This document shows positions 34,589 through 45,258 of a stretch of DNA of 64,000 nt, piece by piece. Numbering within the stretch: the stretch's first letter is position 1; each line of letters starts with the position of its first letter. Under the pieces are notes generated by a model, which saw only the letters and a program-made list of their open reading frames with translations, was not told where the DNA came from and did no database searches. A program made the translations under genes and the position numbers. The stretch is from Planctomycetota bacterium. GTDB taxonomy: Bacteria; Planctomycetota; UBA8742; UBA2392. The stretch covers positions 115,382 through 179,381 of the forward strand of contig JAMQHL010000012.1 in the NCBI GenBank assembly GCA_025993795.1, read 5' to 3'.

Positions 34589-37129
34589 CTACTCAGCCTT
34601 GCGGTTCTCGAGCTTGTCGAGGCGGTCTTCCGCCTTCCGCAACTTCTCTCGCAGCTCTTCCATCTGCTTCTCCGCCGCCGGGGCTTTCGGCTTGGCTGAT
34701 GCCCTGATTGCCGCCGCGGTGCGCTTGACCGCTGTTTCTTCCTGCTCGCTCAGCCCACGGCCGTAGGCCTCAAGCTGCCTCAGCGCCTCGGTGGCGCCGG
34801 CTTCGCGCAGGCCGATGGTTGCCATGCGGCGTACGCGGCCGTCGGGGTCACGCAGCAGGTCGCTCAGGCGCTCTAAGGCTTGTTCACGGTCGGTCTCGTC
34901 GGCGAATCGGGCGTATGTGCCCAGCGCCATTGCGGCCCAGTGGCGGGCGCGGTTGGTGCTTCCGCCGTATCTCGTGACGTCAAGCAGCGTGGTCAGTGCG
35001 TCCGCGTTGCGGGTTTCCGCCAGTGCGCGAAACGCGCCGGATTGTTCTACCCCCAGGGGCGTCCCGGTCTTGGCGGCTTCCACAATTCGCTCGAAGGGTG
35101 CAGCTTCCCGTTGCGCGCCCAGCATCTCCCATGCTGCCGCGCGCGCGCGACGCAGCTTGGGGCCGCTCTCCAGAAACTGCTCCAGCGCAGTCTTGATTGC
35201 CGGGTCACGGAAGCTGCCGGCGGCCCGCACCAGCGCTTCGCAGACCATACCGTCCTGCTCAGTGCCCAGCAGTTCGGCCAGCGCTTCGATCGCTGCCTGT
35301 TGGCCCGATGCCGACATGGCGCCGGCAAGGCGCACGCGCGCGCCCCAGAACTTTTCGCGCCTGTATGCGTCGCGCACAGCGGCAATACTTGCCCGCTTGC
35401 CGCCTTTGCACAGCTCGCGTGCGGCCAGAATGCGCCCGACCACGTCGTCGGCGTTCAATTGCGCCTTCAGCTTCTCGTCGCCGGGGTTGAAGTCGAGCTT
35501 GCATACCGTGCGACACAGCGGGTCAAATCGCACTTGCTCGGGCTCTTTGTCCATCGGGACAACAAATGCGTGCTTGGTCCGCTCGATTCGGATGGCTTTG
35601 GTTTGGGCCTTGCCGTCGATGGTCCAGCCGAGGTCGCTGCCAAACTCGAACACCGGGATGCCGTCGTCGGTCTTTTGTGTCTGCTCAACCTCGAAAGTGC
35701 CTTCCTTCTTCTTGCTGTCGTAACTGAAACCCACCTTGAGCGCGGGGTAGCCCTTGCTCTCGATCCACTGCTCGAACCATTTCACGAGCGAGCGGCCGGA
35801 ATGCTTTTCCATTTTCTTGCGAAAGTCGTCGGTCTCGACCACTTTGCCGCCGTAAGTCTTCACGTAGTCGCGCACGCCAACCCAGAACGCCTCGTCCCCC
35901 AGCTCGTGTCGAAGCATGTGCAGCCGCACCGCGCCGCCGGGGTAAAGGTGGCGGTCGTACATGCTCCAGGAGTGGTCGAACTTGCGGGTCATGATCGGCC
36001 GCATGTAACTGCTGTCGGCTTCGGCCAGGTAGGCTTGCAGGTTGCTGTAGAAGTCGTAGTCGCGCTCAGTATCACCGCCTGTGTCTTCGAGATAGCAGGT
36101 TTCCATGTACACGGCCCAGCTTTCCTTCAGCCAGGCGTGGGCAAAGTCGCGGCACACGATGTGGTCGCCAAACCACGAGTGGGCCATTTCATGCAGGTTG
36201 ATCTGGTCAACTTGCCAGGTCCATTCTTTGGCGAGCGTTTCGTCGAGCACAAGGCTGTCGTCCCAGCTCACCAGCGAGATGTTCTCCATCGCGCCGCCGA
36301 CACCCGGCAGAGCGAACTGGAAGTACTTCGGAAACGGGTACGCGTCGGCCAGCTTCTTAGTCATCCAGTCCAGCATCGCGCCGGTGCGGCCGAAGCTGCG
36401 CTTGAGGTCCTCTGGCTTCCACGAACGATCGGCGAAGTATGCGATCGGCTTGCCCTTGTGGGCGCCGTCGTCGCAGCGCGTGAAGTCGCCCAGCGCGAAA
36501 CACGTGATGTAGCTGGGACAGCCCGTCTCGAGTTCCCAATGCGCGGTCTTGGTGCCGTCGTCGTGTGTTTCTTCTTTCAGGAGCGCGCCGTTGGCCAGAA
36601 TCGTGAAGTCCTTGCGCGCGCGTAGATGAAAGCTCAGCGTCGGCCGCGCGTTCGGCAGGTCCACGCACGGCAGCCAGTGGCGGGCGCGTTCGGTTTCATG
36701 GTCTGTCGCCGCCCAGGTGCCGGCGTTGGGGTAGGCTTGGTCGGGCTTGCTGAAGAACAGGCCCGTGACCGGCTTGACGACTTTGTAGCTGACCGCGAGC
36801 TTGCGTTCTTCGCCGGCCTTGAAGGGTTCGTCCCAGGCAACGTGGATGAGCTTGCCGTCGTAGCTGTGGTGGAGTTTGCGGCCGTCCGCGTCGCGAACCC
36901 TGACATCCTGCATGTCAACGCCGTTCAGCGTGACCCGCGCTGCGCCAGTGCGCACCGCGCGCAGGGTGTTGGTCACCGTGCCGGCGGCACTCTGGGCGTC
37001 GGTATCCACATGCAGGTCGATATCCAGGTGCACAGGTTCAAGCTCAAGGTCGGGCGGGTAGTGCGGCTCGGCACCCGGCATCAGGAAGTCGCCAAGGCCA
37101 AGTTCGCTTGCGATATGGTGGATTGTCAT
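34589..37129 (-). CDS. M1-family zinc aminopeptidase with a C-terminal HEAT-repeat region
   Basis: The GAMEN motif is VGGAMENISL. The zinc site is HEMAHSWFG...WLKESWAVYME. The C-terminal region has HEAT-like repeats. Confidence 0.9.
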   Translation of the reverse strand: MTIHHIASELGLGDFLMPGAEPHYPPDLELEPVHLDIDLHVDTDAQSAAGTVTNTLRAVRTGAARVTLNGVDMQDVRVRDADGRKLHHSYDGKLIHVAWDEPFKAGEERKLAVSYKVVKPVTGLFFSKPDQAYPNAGTWAATDHETERARHWLPCVDLPNARPTLSFHLRARKDFTILANGALLKEETHDDGTKTAHWELETGCPSYITCFALGDFTRCDDGAHKGKPIAYFADRSWKPEDLKRSFGRTGAMLDWMTKKLADAYPFPKYFQFALPGVGGAMENISLVSWDDSLVLDETLAKEWTWQVDQINLHEMAHSWFGDHIVCRDFAHAWLKESWAVYMETCYLEDTGGDTERDYDFYSNLQAYLAEADSSYMRPIMTRKFDHSWSMYDRHLYPGGAVRLHMLRHELGDEAFWVGVRDYVKTYGGKVVETDDFRKKMEKHSGRSLVKWFEQWIESKGYPALKVGFSYDSKKKEGTFEVEQTQKTDDGIPVFEFGSDLGWTIDGKAQTKAIRIERTKHAFVVPMDKEPEQVRFDPLCRTVCKLDFNPGDEKLKAQLNADDVVGRILAARELCKGGKRASIAAVRDAYRREKFWGARVRLAGAMSASGQQAAIEALAELLGTEQDGMVCEALVRAAGSFRDPAIKTALEQFLESGPKLRRARAAAWEMLGAQREAAPFERIVEAAKTGTPLGVEQSGAFRALAETRNADALTTLLDVTRYGGSTNRARHWAAMALGTYARFADETDREQALERLSDLLRDPDGRVRRMATIGLREAGATEALRQLEAYGRGLSEQEETAVKRTAAAIRASAKPKAPAAEKQMEELREKLRKAEDRLDKLENRKAE

Positions 37130-37299
37130 CTGCTCTCCTTGCAGGCCTGATTACCCGGGACAGCGCCGATTGCAAGCCTCGGGCAGCAAAGCTTGACGCG
37201 TAAAGAGGTGGTGCGGAGCATTGTCATTCCACCTTGCGCGCGGCCCGGCACACGGGTTAACCTCTGAGGTCCACTCCAGCCAACCCAAGGAGAGCAGCC

Positions 37300-38016
37300 A
37301 TGGTGCGCAGCCTGCTGGTAGTCTCGATGCTCGCGATGTGTTCGGCACCGCTTGTGGCACTGGAATCTCTGGACCAGGCATGGAAAAGCCGGCCCGTTCG
37401 CGCATTGCGGCTGTTTGACGCGCCCGAGAAGCCCATGCCGGTTCATGGGCAATTGCTCGATGACAGCGGCCCCCGCACCTCAGAGCAGATGTTCGGTGCC
37501 GGTGCGTCGCTCAGCCTGGATACCAACGCGCTGGGCCTTGGATTTAACGGGTTCTTTGACTTCTATTTCACGCCCTGGATTGCAGCCGCCACCCATGTCG
37601 GCGTCAGCTACGGCTTTCTGGGCCGCCACTACCGAGAGGGCGGCAGCGGTATGGGTTTTCACGTGGCACTGGGCGCGCGCTTCACGTTTGACTTGCCGGA
37701 TTGGGAGTGGTCGCGCTGGTTGCGCCCCTGGGTGGCCTTTTACCCGGTTGGTTTTCAGTTGTTCTCTGCCAGCGAAGACTTTGACCCACCCGGCAACAAG
37801 GACGAAGGCACGTTCACGTACTCGGACATCTACTTTCACATGATGGGCGGCGGCGGCGTGGACTTCTACCTGACGTCGCTGATCGGCCTTGGCGTCGGCG
37901 TCTACTTTTACGGCAGTCTTGGCGGCAGCCGGCACAGGCAGGACGATGCAACCATACGCACGCGCGGATTGTTCGGCATGTACTTCGAGTACGCGCGCTT
38001 GACGCTGCGTTTTTGA
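37300..38016 (+). CDS. Small outer-membrane beta-barrel protein (porin-family-like)
   Basis: The signal peptide is MVRSLLVVSMLAMCSAPLVA. Aromatic/Gly strands alternate. The C-terminus ends in the beta-signal-like YARLTLRF. Confidence 0.55.
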   Translation: MVRSLLVVSMLAMCSAPLVALESLDQAWKSRPVRALRLFDAPEKPMPVHGQLLDDSGPRTSEQMFGAGASLSLDTNALGLGFNGFFDFYFTPWIAAATHVGVSYGFLGRHYREGGSGMGFHVALGARFTFDLPDWEWSRWLRPWVAFYPVGFQLFSASEDFDPPGNKDEGTFTYSDIYFHMMGGGGVDFYLTSLIGLGVGVYFYGSLGGSRHRQDDATIRTRGLFGMYFEYARLTLRF

Positions 38017-38117
38017 AAGTACCGGCAATCGGCACGGGCAAGACCGCAATTACCGGCGGGTGCGAACCCCATTTCACAGTTGGCAGGCGTTCCTAAACTC
38101 CGGGGCTGGAGAGCGCA

Positions 38118-38645
38118 TTGAAGCTGCTGAACAAACTGCTGGGAAAGAAAGAGCCGCCCCCAAAGGCCGAGGCACTACCTGTGCCGCCGCCGGCACCGCC
38201 GGCAGCTGTGGACCCTGAGGCCGCTGCTCTTGAAAACGGCCAAGGTGGCCAGATCAGCGGCGTCAACGGAAACCGCAAGGGGCTGTTCCGGCGCTTCGAA
38301 AGCGGCATCCGCCGCAAAGTGGACAGCTACGTAGACAACAAAGCCGACGAGTTACTCGACGACGCCACGCGCCGCGCCGAGGAGTTTCGCCAGCAGACGC
38401 TGAATGCCGTGCGCGAGCACGCCATGGAACTGCTGGATGTGACCGAGCAGCGCATCGACGAGAAAATGGTCGAGATTGAGTCAATGCTCGAACAGCGGCT
38501 GCAAGCCGAGCTGAAGATGCGCCTGCGCGCGATGTTCTGGACGTTGGTCTTTGTGCTGATCATGGCGCTGGTCAGCCTGGGTTACGTCTGGTTTAAGCAG
38601 CAGTCAGGCCTGCAGGGCGAAAACACGCCCGCCGCCAACCAATAG
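38118..38645 (+). CDS. Hypothetical coiled-coil protein with a C-terminal TM helix (TTG start in the ORF track)
   Basis: The N-terminus is Pro-rich and the middle is a charged helical segment. The C-terminal hydrophobic helix is MFWTLVFVLIMALVSLGYVWF. GGAGAG lies upstream of the TTG. Confidence 0.4.
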   Translation: MKLLNKLLGKKEPPPKAEALPVPPPAPPAAVDPEAAALENGQGGQISGVNGNRKGLFRRFESGIRRKVDSYVDNKADELLDDATRRAEEFRQQTLNAVREHAMELLDVTEQRIDEKMVEIESMLEQRLQAELKMRLRAMFWTLVFVLIMALVSLGYVWFKQQSGLQGENTPAANQ

Positions 38646-38781
38646 CAGCCCACTGGCTTCCCCCGTTCAGTGCGTCCGGTGATTGAGCGCAGCAAGCGGA
38701 CTGCGGGAAGACATCCTCGATCCGGTCCACCAGAAATGTGCCCCAACGAAATCCACATGAATCAGCGAGGAACCAAAAAGA

Positions 38782-38817
38782 AGACAGGCGGCTGGGGGGG
38801 TGAAGTGCCGCCTGTCT
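38782..38817 (-). terminator. Intrinsic terminator-like hairpin downstream of the small minus-strand gene
   Basis: AGACAGGCGGC/GCCGCCTGTCT forms an 11-bp stem. On the minus strand it is followed by CTTCTTTTTGG. A second hairpin (CCAGTGGGC/GCCCACTGG) lies at 38902-38929. Confidence 0.5.
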
Positions 38818-38930
38818 CTGCGTGCGCCGGCAGGTCGGGGGGACTTGACCGGGCGCACGAATTGCGTCTGTGCTTTGAACGTCAAACGCGTGCAGCATAT
38901 TCCAGTGGGCGGGGGGGCCGGCCCACTGGT

Positions 38931-39173
38931 TTACGCCGCATCGCGCGGAAGCTTCATAAGCTGCGCCGGGTCAACCCAGTAGCTCATCAACGGGCCGTCG
39001 TGCTCGACGATCTGGAGATAGATGCTTTCCGGGCCAAGTTCGGGGCAGTGGTCAAGGACCACGCAAACGAAACCGCTGTTCAGGTCAAGCACGCGGTCGC
39101 CAAGGTGGACGCGCTTCTGGTGCGTGTCTACGACGTTGTCGGCGAGCATGCTGCGTGTGATCATTCGTGTCAT
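38931..39173 (-). CDS. Hypothetical small protein (80 aa)
   Basis: A strong AAGGAG lies 9 nt upstream of ATG 39173, and terminator hairpins lie downstream. No family was recognised. Confidence 0.45.
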   Translation of the reverse strand: MTRMITRSMLADNVVDTHQKRVHLGDRVLDLNSGFVCVVLDHCPELGPESIYLQIVEHDGPLMSYWVDPAQLMKLPRDAA

Positions 39174-39488
39174 GACAAGCCATCTCCTTGTGCGCGATGC
39201 GCACTCTTGCCGGCCCACGGGCCGTGTTCTACGCGTTTCGGGGTAGGCGGCTGGCCCGCCGCCCGGGGCTTTCGCCCCTGGGTCTGACTGTCCTTTAAAC
39301 GTCCCAGACGCCCTGAAGTTTCGACAAATCCTGTAGTCTCTGCATCAACCTTCCGCGAGGCCCTGTCAATTCGGGGGTTGCGCCTCGCGCCCTGCCCCCG
39401 ACTCTGGTCATTGTCAATTAACGCCTTGCGGTTTCTTTTCGTCTGCTACACTCCGCGCACCGGTTTATACCCACAGTGAATACTCTTC

Positions 39489-40772
39489 ATGAAAACCAGC
39501 CGTTACCGCGAATACCTGTCTGTGGTGCCCAGCCCCGGCGTGCGCCTGTGCGCCTTTGAGTCTGGACGCTACAAAACCGTCCGCGCCCGCGTTTTCTTCC
39601 TGGATTCCATGGTAGCAGGCACTGCGACAGCCAACTCCTTGCTTGCGCATGTGTTGCGTACCGGCAGCGTCAACCGACCATCGCGCCGCGAGTTGGCCCG
39701 TGCCTGTGAAGAGCTTTACGGCGCGTCCCTCAGTGTCGGAGTGACGCGCTTTGCCGACGTGCAGGCGCTGGTCGGCTCGATTGAGTTTCCGGCCGATCGC
39801 TTTCTGCCAAAGGGTTCCAAAGAGCTTGAGCAGGCTTTGGCGCTGCTGTGCGAAGTACTGACACAGCCTGCCCTTGAACCTGCGACAAGCGTTTTCCGTG
39901 CCGAGAAGGTTGAGCAGGAGAAGTTTCAACTTGAGCAAGAACTCAATGCGCTCCAGGACGACAAACCGTCATGGAGCGCATTGCTGGCCGGCCAAAGGAC
40001 TTACGCCGGCACCGCCGGGGCGATTTACGAACACGGCAAGGTCGAAGATTTGCCCGGCATTGACGCGGCAAACCTGACCGAGCGCCACCGGTTGCTGCTG
40101 GGTAACGCGCAGGTGATGGCCTTTGTAACAGGCCCGGTAGGCGAAGAGCGTGCGCTGAAGGCACTGGCGAAGGTGCTGAAGCTGCCCGCGGGAAAACGCC
40201 CGCCGCTGAAGGCGTCGAAAGTCCTGTCGCATCGCAAAGCCGTCGCCCGCGACCGCATGAACGCGCAAACCGAGCAGACGCACCTGCACTTCGCCTGGAC
40301 CGGCATCGGAGTGTACGGCCGCGCGGACTTCGCGCCTTCTCTGTTTGTGGACGCGATTTTCGGAGGCATGAGTACCAGCCGTTTGTTCAAGATCGTGCGC
40401 GAGAAACACGGCATGGCCTATGCGGTGCACAGCAATCTGCAGCGCGCGCGGGGCGTGATGGGGGCGTCTGCGGCTGTTGACCCCGGCAAGGCCGACAAAG
40501 CCGCCGGGCTGATCCGCAGTGAGCTGGCGCGGCTGGTCAAGGGCGGGTTCAGCGGCGACGAGTTCGCGACCGCCCGCGAAAGCCTGATCGAAAGCCGCAA
40601 GTCGGCGATGGACAGCATGGGTGCGCGGTCCAGCGACGCGGTGTTGCAGTACACGCTGGGATTTAAGCAGAAGCCCGAAGCGCAGATTGCCGAGATTTTG
40701 AAAGTGAAGCCCGCGCAAGTGAAGGCGATCCTGAAACGCCTGCGCCCCCACACCGAGTTCCGCCTGGGTTAG
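39489..40772 (+). CDS. M16 (pitrilysin/insulinase) family protein, probably the non-catalytic type
   Basis: The length and two-lobed M16 layout fit. No HxxEH zinc motif was seen at the N-terminus. Confidence 0.65.
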   Translation: MKTSRYREYLSVVPSPGVRLCAFESGRYKTVRARVFFLDSMVAGTATANSLLAHVLRTGSVNRPSRRELARACEELYGASLSVGVTRFADVQALVGSIEFPADRFLPKGSKELEQALALLCEVLTQPALEPATSVFRAEKVEQEKFQLEQELNALQDDKPSWSALLAGQRTYAGTAGAIYEHGKVEDLPGIDAANLTERHRLLLGNAQVMAFVTGPVGEERALKALAKVLKLPAGKRPPLKASKVLSHRKAVARDRMNAQTEQTHLHFAWTGIGVYGRADFAPSLFVDAIFGGMSTSRLFKIVREKHGMAYAVHSNLQRARGVMGASAAVDPGKADKAAGLIRSELARLVKGGFSGDEFATARESLIESRKSAMDSMGARSSDAVLQYTLGFKQKPEAQIAEILKVKPAQVKAILKRLRPHTEFRLG

Positions 40773-41041
40773 TGGTTCATGCCTGTTGAAATGAAGGGGG
40801 TGGCACGGGCGGCTCGCCCCTGCTGCCGGCACGGCCGTGGCGTCGTTGCGCTCCTGGCACCTTTGCTTGGGGCTGTTGCCCTTGCCGCCTGGCGGCGACC
40901 GCTCGCTTTCGCTTCGCGCTCCCCGGAATTCTTGTCGGGCGCCATGGTAGCAGCAAGGGCCCGCTACACGTGCGGCCGAGACCGCCGCAGGCATAGCACG
41001 AAATCAAGCATGACAGCAAACACCCAATGAAGAACGGTGAG

Positions 41042-41386
41042 TTACTTGCGGCGGGTGGCTTCGTGGGCTACCTGCTTGAGGCGGGTCACAGGGTCTTCTG
41101 ATGGCGCTGCATCTTCGTCGTCGGGGCTTACGAATGAAGCCGCCCATTCGCTGGCGTACAGCGCCAGAATGCGCGCAAGTTCGTCGGGCGGGGGCAGGCG
41201 GAAGACGGCTGTGCTTACGGCGTCGTTCGGGTCCTGGTTAACGCCCGGCGGCATCAGGTACCAGTCCTTGCCGAGTTGCGTGAGCTGTGGGTGCGCCGGC
41301 ATTCCGTGCTTGCTTAGCAGCTCAAGATAGATTTTCACGGCCTCGGGCATGCCTGCGCATGCTAAGCGAAGATGCGTCTTGGGCAA
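41042..41386 (-). CDS. Hypothetical protein (114 aa, acidic C-terminal part)
   Basis: The ORF has coding-like composition. No family was recognised. Confidence 0.4.
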   Translation of the reverse strand: MPKTHLRLACAGMPEAVKIYLELLSKHGMPAHPQLTQLGKDWYLMPPGVNQDPNDAVSTAVFRLPPPDELARILALYASEWAASFVSPDDEDAAPSEDPVTRLKQVAHEATRRK

Positions 41387-41417
41387 GGCGCACGTTTCGC
41401 GCGGCGCGCGAATTTTC

Positions 41418-41891
41418 TTAGCTCGCGGTCAGCATGACGGTGCCGCGTCGCGTGTACGTCTCGTCGCCGCTCTTGCGGTACAGCACGTCGACCAGGTACT
41501 CGCCCTTGCTCAGTTCGCCCAAGCTGGCGTGGAAGGACTGGCTCGTGATGACCTGCGCGACGATGCCCTCAGGCGGCGTGGCAGTAACCTTGACCTGGAT
41601 GCGCCCCTGTGCGTCAGGCTTGCCGACCTCGTCTACCTTCAGCTCCCAGCCGGGCGTGGGCATGTTCACGTGAAGAATCACCGAGAACTGCGGCGGCGCC
41701 GACTTCTTGAACATGATCTCGGTTCTCTCAATCCAGTTGGCGCGTTCTGTGAGGCTCCAGGCTGATATTGCCTCTTTGTCTTCTTCGGCTTCCGCGGCGG
41801 GCTTGGCGTCCTGGGCATTGACAGGCTGGATGCGCTGGCCGGCAATGCAGGCGGTGCAAAGCAGCAGCGCGAGTGTCAGAAGCATTTTCAT
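41418..41891 (-). CDS. Secreted/lipoprotein-like small protein (possibly PrcB_C-like)
   Basis: The signal is MKMLLTLALLLCTACIAG, which has a lipobox-like LCTAC. AAGGAG lies upstream of ATG 41891. NMPTPGWELKVDEV...IQVKVTATPPEG loosely resembles PrcB C-terminal domains. Confidence 0.5.
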   Translation of the reverse strand: MKMLLTLALLLCTACIAGQRIQPVNAQDAKPAAEAEEDKEAISAWSLTERANWIERTEIMFKKSAPPQFSVILHVNMPTPGWELKVDEVGKPDAQGRIQVKVTATPPEGIVAQVITSQSFHASLGELSKGEYLVDVLYRKSGDETYTRRGTVMLTAS

Positions 41892-41987
41892 GGCGTGTCT
41901 CCTTGGTTCTAAGACGAACGTCCCCGGCGGACGGTTCCATTCGTCGCGTGCGGCAATTCGGGCAAGTTTTGCAGGCGGCGACACGGG

Positions 41988-42569
41988 TTACCCAAAGCGG
42001 CGGCGCGCTTCGCGCTCAAACACACGCGCCGTGGCCTCATCGAAATTGCAGAACCGAATCGTTTGCAGGCTGCGGCTTGCGTGCTCATCAAGCCAGTTCT
42101 CGATGGTGTCAAAGAAAGTTTTCGCACACAGCTCTTTGGGAAACCCGAAGACTCCGCTGCTGATCGCCGGAAAACCGATGCTTGCCAGTTTGTGCTGCTC
42201 GGCAAGGTTCAGTGCTGCGGAGACAGCCGCCGTCAGCTTCGCCACTTCATCGCCGCTTCCCCAGACCGGCCCGACGGCATGAATCACGCGCGCCCCAAGT
42301 TCACCGCCACCGGTGATTACCGCGCCGCCCGTTGGAACTTCGCCGTGGGCGGCGACCCACGCGTCACACTCTTGCTGCACGGCGGGGCCGCCGGCTTTGC
42401 GAATCGCGCCGGCGACGCCAACGCCCAGTTGCAGCCGGTTGTTGGCCGCGTTGACGATTGCGTCCACTTGCTCTGCAACGATGTCGCCCTGCACCACTGT
42501 CAGTGCGCAACCTTTGATTTTCCGTTCCCAGAGCAGCGTGTGCATGGCGTCCTCGCCGGTTTTTGGCAT
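41988..42569 (-). CDS. Macro domain protein (ADP-ribose / O-acetyl-ADP-ribose hydrolase type)
   Basis: The motifs are IVNAANNRLQLGVGVAGAIRKAGG and IGFPAISSGVFGFP. Confidence 0.85.
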   Translation of the reverse strand: MPKTGEDAMHTLLWERKIKGCALTVVQGDIVAEQVDAIVNAANNRLQLGVGVAGAIRKAGGPAVQQECDAWVAAHGEVPTGGAVITGGGELGARVIHAVGPVWGSGDEVAKLTAAVSAALNLAEQHKLASIGFPAISSGVFGFPKELCAKTFFDTIENWLDEHASRSLQTIRFCNFDEATARVFEREARRRFG

Positions 42570-42603
42570 GATTCCGCGGCTTGCCAGTCACGAGGACACT
42601 AGC

Positions 42604-43950
<1,347 letters not shown>

Positions 43951-44004
43951 CGGAAAGTACTTGCCCCGAAGTACGCGAAACGCGGTCTCCAAGACAGGTG
44001 ACGC

Positions 44005-45258
44005 ATGGCCAACGCGCACGTCATCGAGAATCTTAGCCGGGTCGTGACCTGTGGCGCCGGCGGGCCGCTAATTGGTCCCGCCATGCGTGAACTTGGTGTG
44101 CGGACCGGTGATCCTTGCGTGGCTGTACGCGACGGCCGTGTGGCGTTCGTTGGCGCGCGCAGAGATCTGCCTGCGGACTATTCCAATGCCTCGCGCGTGG
44201 ACGGCAAGGGCCGTGTGCTGACGCCCGGACTGGTTGACTGCCACACGCACCCGGCATTTGTGCGGGCTCGCGCCGAGGAGTTTGCGATGCGGCTTGCCGG
44301 CGCCAGCTACGAAGAAATCGCAGCGCAAGGCGGCGGCATCTTGAGCAGCACGCGCGCGGTGCGAGGGTCCGACGACACAACCCTGACCGCCCAGACCACC
44401 CGCAACCTGCTGCGCCTGCGCAAGCACGGCGTCTTTGTCGCCGAGGGCAAGTCGGGCTACGGCTTGAACCTGAAAGATGAGTTGCGCCAGTTGCACGCGA
44501 TCAAGGCCGCAGGCGAGCAGGCTGACATGCACACCGTGCGCACCTGCCTGGCGGCGCACAGCCTGCCCGCAGAGTTTCGCGGCGATGACGGCAAGCGCGC
44601 GCAGTACCTGCGCCTGGTGATCGACGAGATTCTGCCTGCGGCTGCGCGCAACGGGCTTGCGCAGAGGGCGGACGTCTTCTGCGAACAGGGTGTGTTCACA
44701 GAAGGCGAAACGCGGGCGGTTGCCCAAGCTGCTGAGAGACTGGGCCTGCAGGTCACGATCCATGCCGAGCAGTTGCACCTGACAGGTGGCGCGGCAGTTG
44801 CGGCGCAAGTGGGGGCAGTCAGCGCCGACCATCTTGAGTTCATTGACGATGCGGGCGCGCGTGCCATGGCCGATGCGGGCACATGCGCGGTGCTGCTGCC
44901 GGGGTCCACGTACGTGCTGAAGATGGACCGATGGGCTGACGGCCGGCGTCTGATCGACATGGGCCTGTGCGTGGCGCTGGCGACGGACTTCAACCCGGGA
45001 AGCTCTCCGGTCGCGAACCCGGCGTTCGTAATGAACCTTGCGGTCATGCACTGCGGGTTTACGCCCGAAGAGGCGCTGGCAGCGTTCACCGTCAACGCGG
45101 CCCGTGCGCTGCGATTGCCGGCAGGCGAATACGGCGCAATTACAGCCGGGTCGCGTGCGGCATTCGCACTCTGGGACGTCGACCATGAGCGCGAGATCGC
45201 ATACTATGCGGGCAGCAATCTGTGCGAGGGTCTCTCGTGTCCCGGCTGGCGCTCATAA
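44005..45258 (+). CDS. hutI: Imidazolonepropionase
   Basis: The sequence has GLVDCHTHPAFVRARAEEFAMRLAGASYEEIAAQGGGILSSTRAVR and downstream metal-binding His/Asp residues typical of HutI. Confidence 0.9.
   Translation: MANAHVIENLSRVVTCGAGGPLIGPAMRELGVRTGDPCVAVRDGRVAFVGARRDLPADYSNASRVDGKGRVLTPGLVDCHTHPAFVRARAEEFAMRLAGASYEEIAAQGGGILSSTRAVRGSDDTTLTAQTTRNLLRLRKHGVFVAEGKSGYGLNLKDELRQLHAIKAAGEQADMHTVRTCLAAHSLPAEFRGDDGKRAQYLRLVIDEILPAAARNGLAQRADVFCEQGVFTEGETRAVAQAAERLGLQVTIHAEQLHLTGGAAVAAQVGAVSADHLEFIDDAGARAMADAGTCAVLLPGSTYVLKMDRWADGRRLIDMGLCVALATDFNPGSSPVANPAFVMNLAVMHCGFTPEEALAAFTVNAARALRLPAGEYGAITAGSRAAFALWDVDHEREIAYYAGSNLCEGLSCPGWRS

Noticed and set aside
40779-41030. An 83-aa ORF or possible ncRNA could occupy the 270-nt gap after the M16 gene.
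   Set aside because: The translation is Arg/Ala-rich with no start context. I could not recognise any conserved ncRNA motif (SRP, tmRNA, 6S). The gap is left unannotated.
41042-42569. The macro-domain gene plus two small neighbours could be a DarT/DarG-like toxin-antitoxin or anti-defence module.
   Set aside because: The macro protein is a short stand-alone YmdB-like type without a DarG C-terminal domain. One neighbour is a secreted lipoprotein-like protein. The other has no DarT (DUF4433)-like features that I can see.
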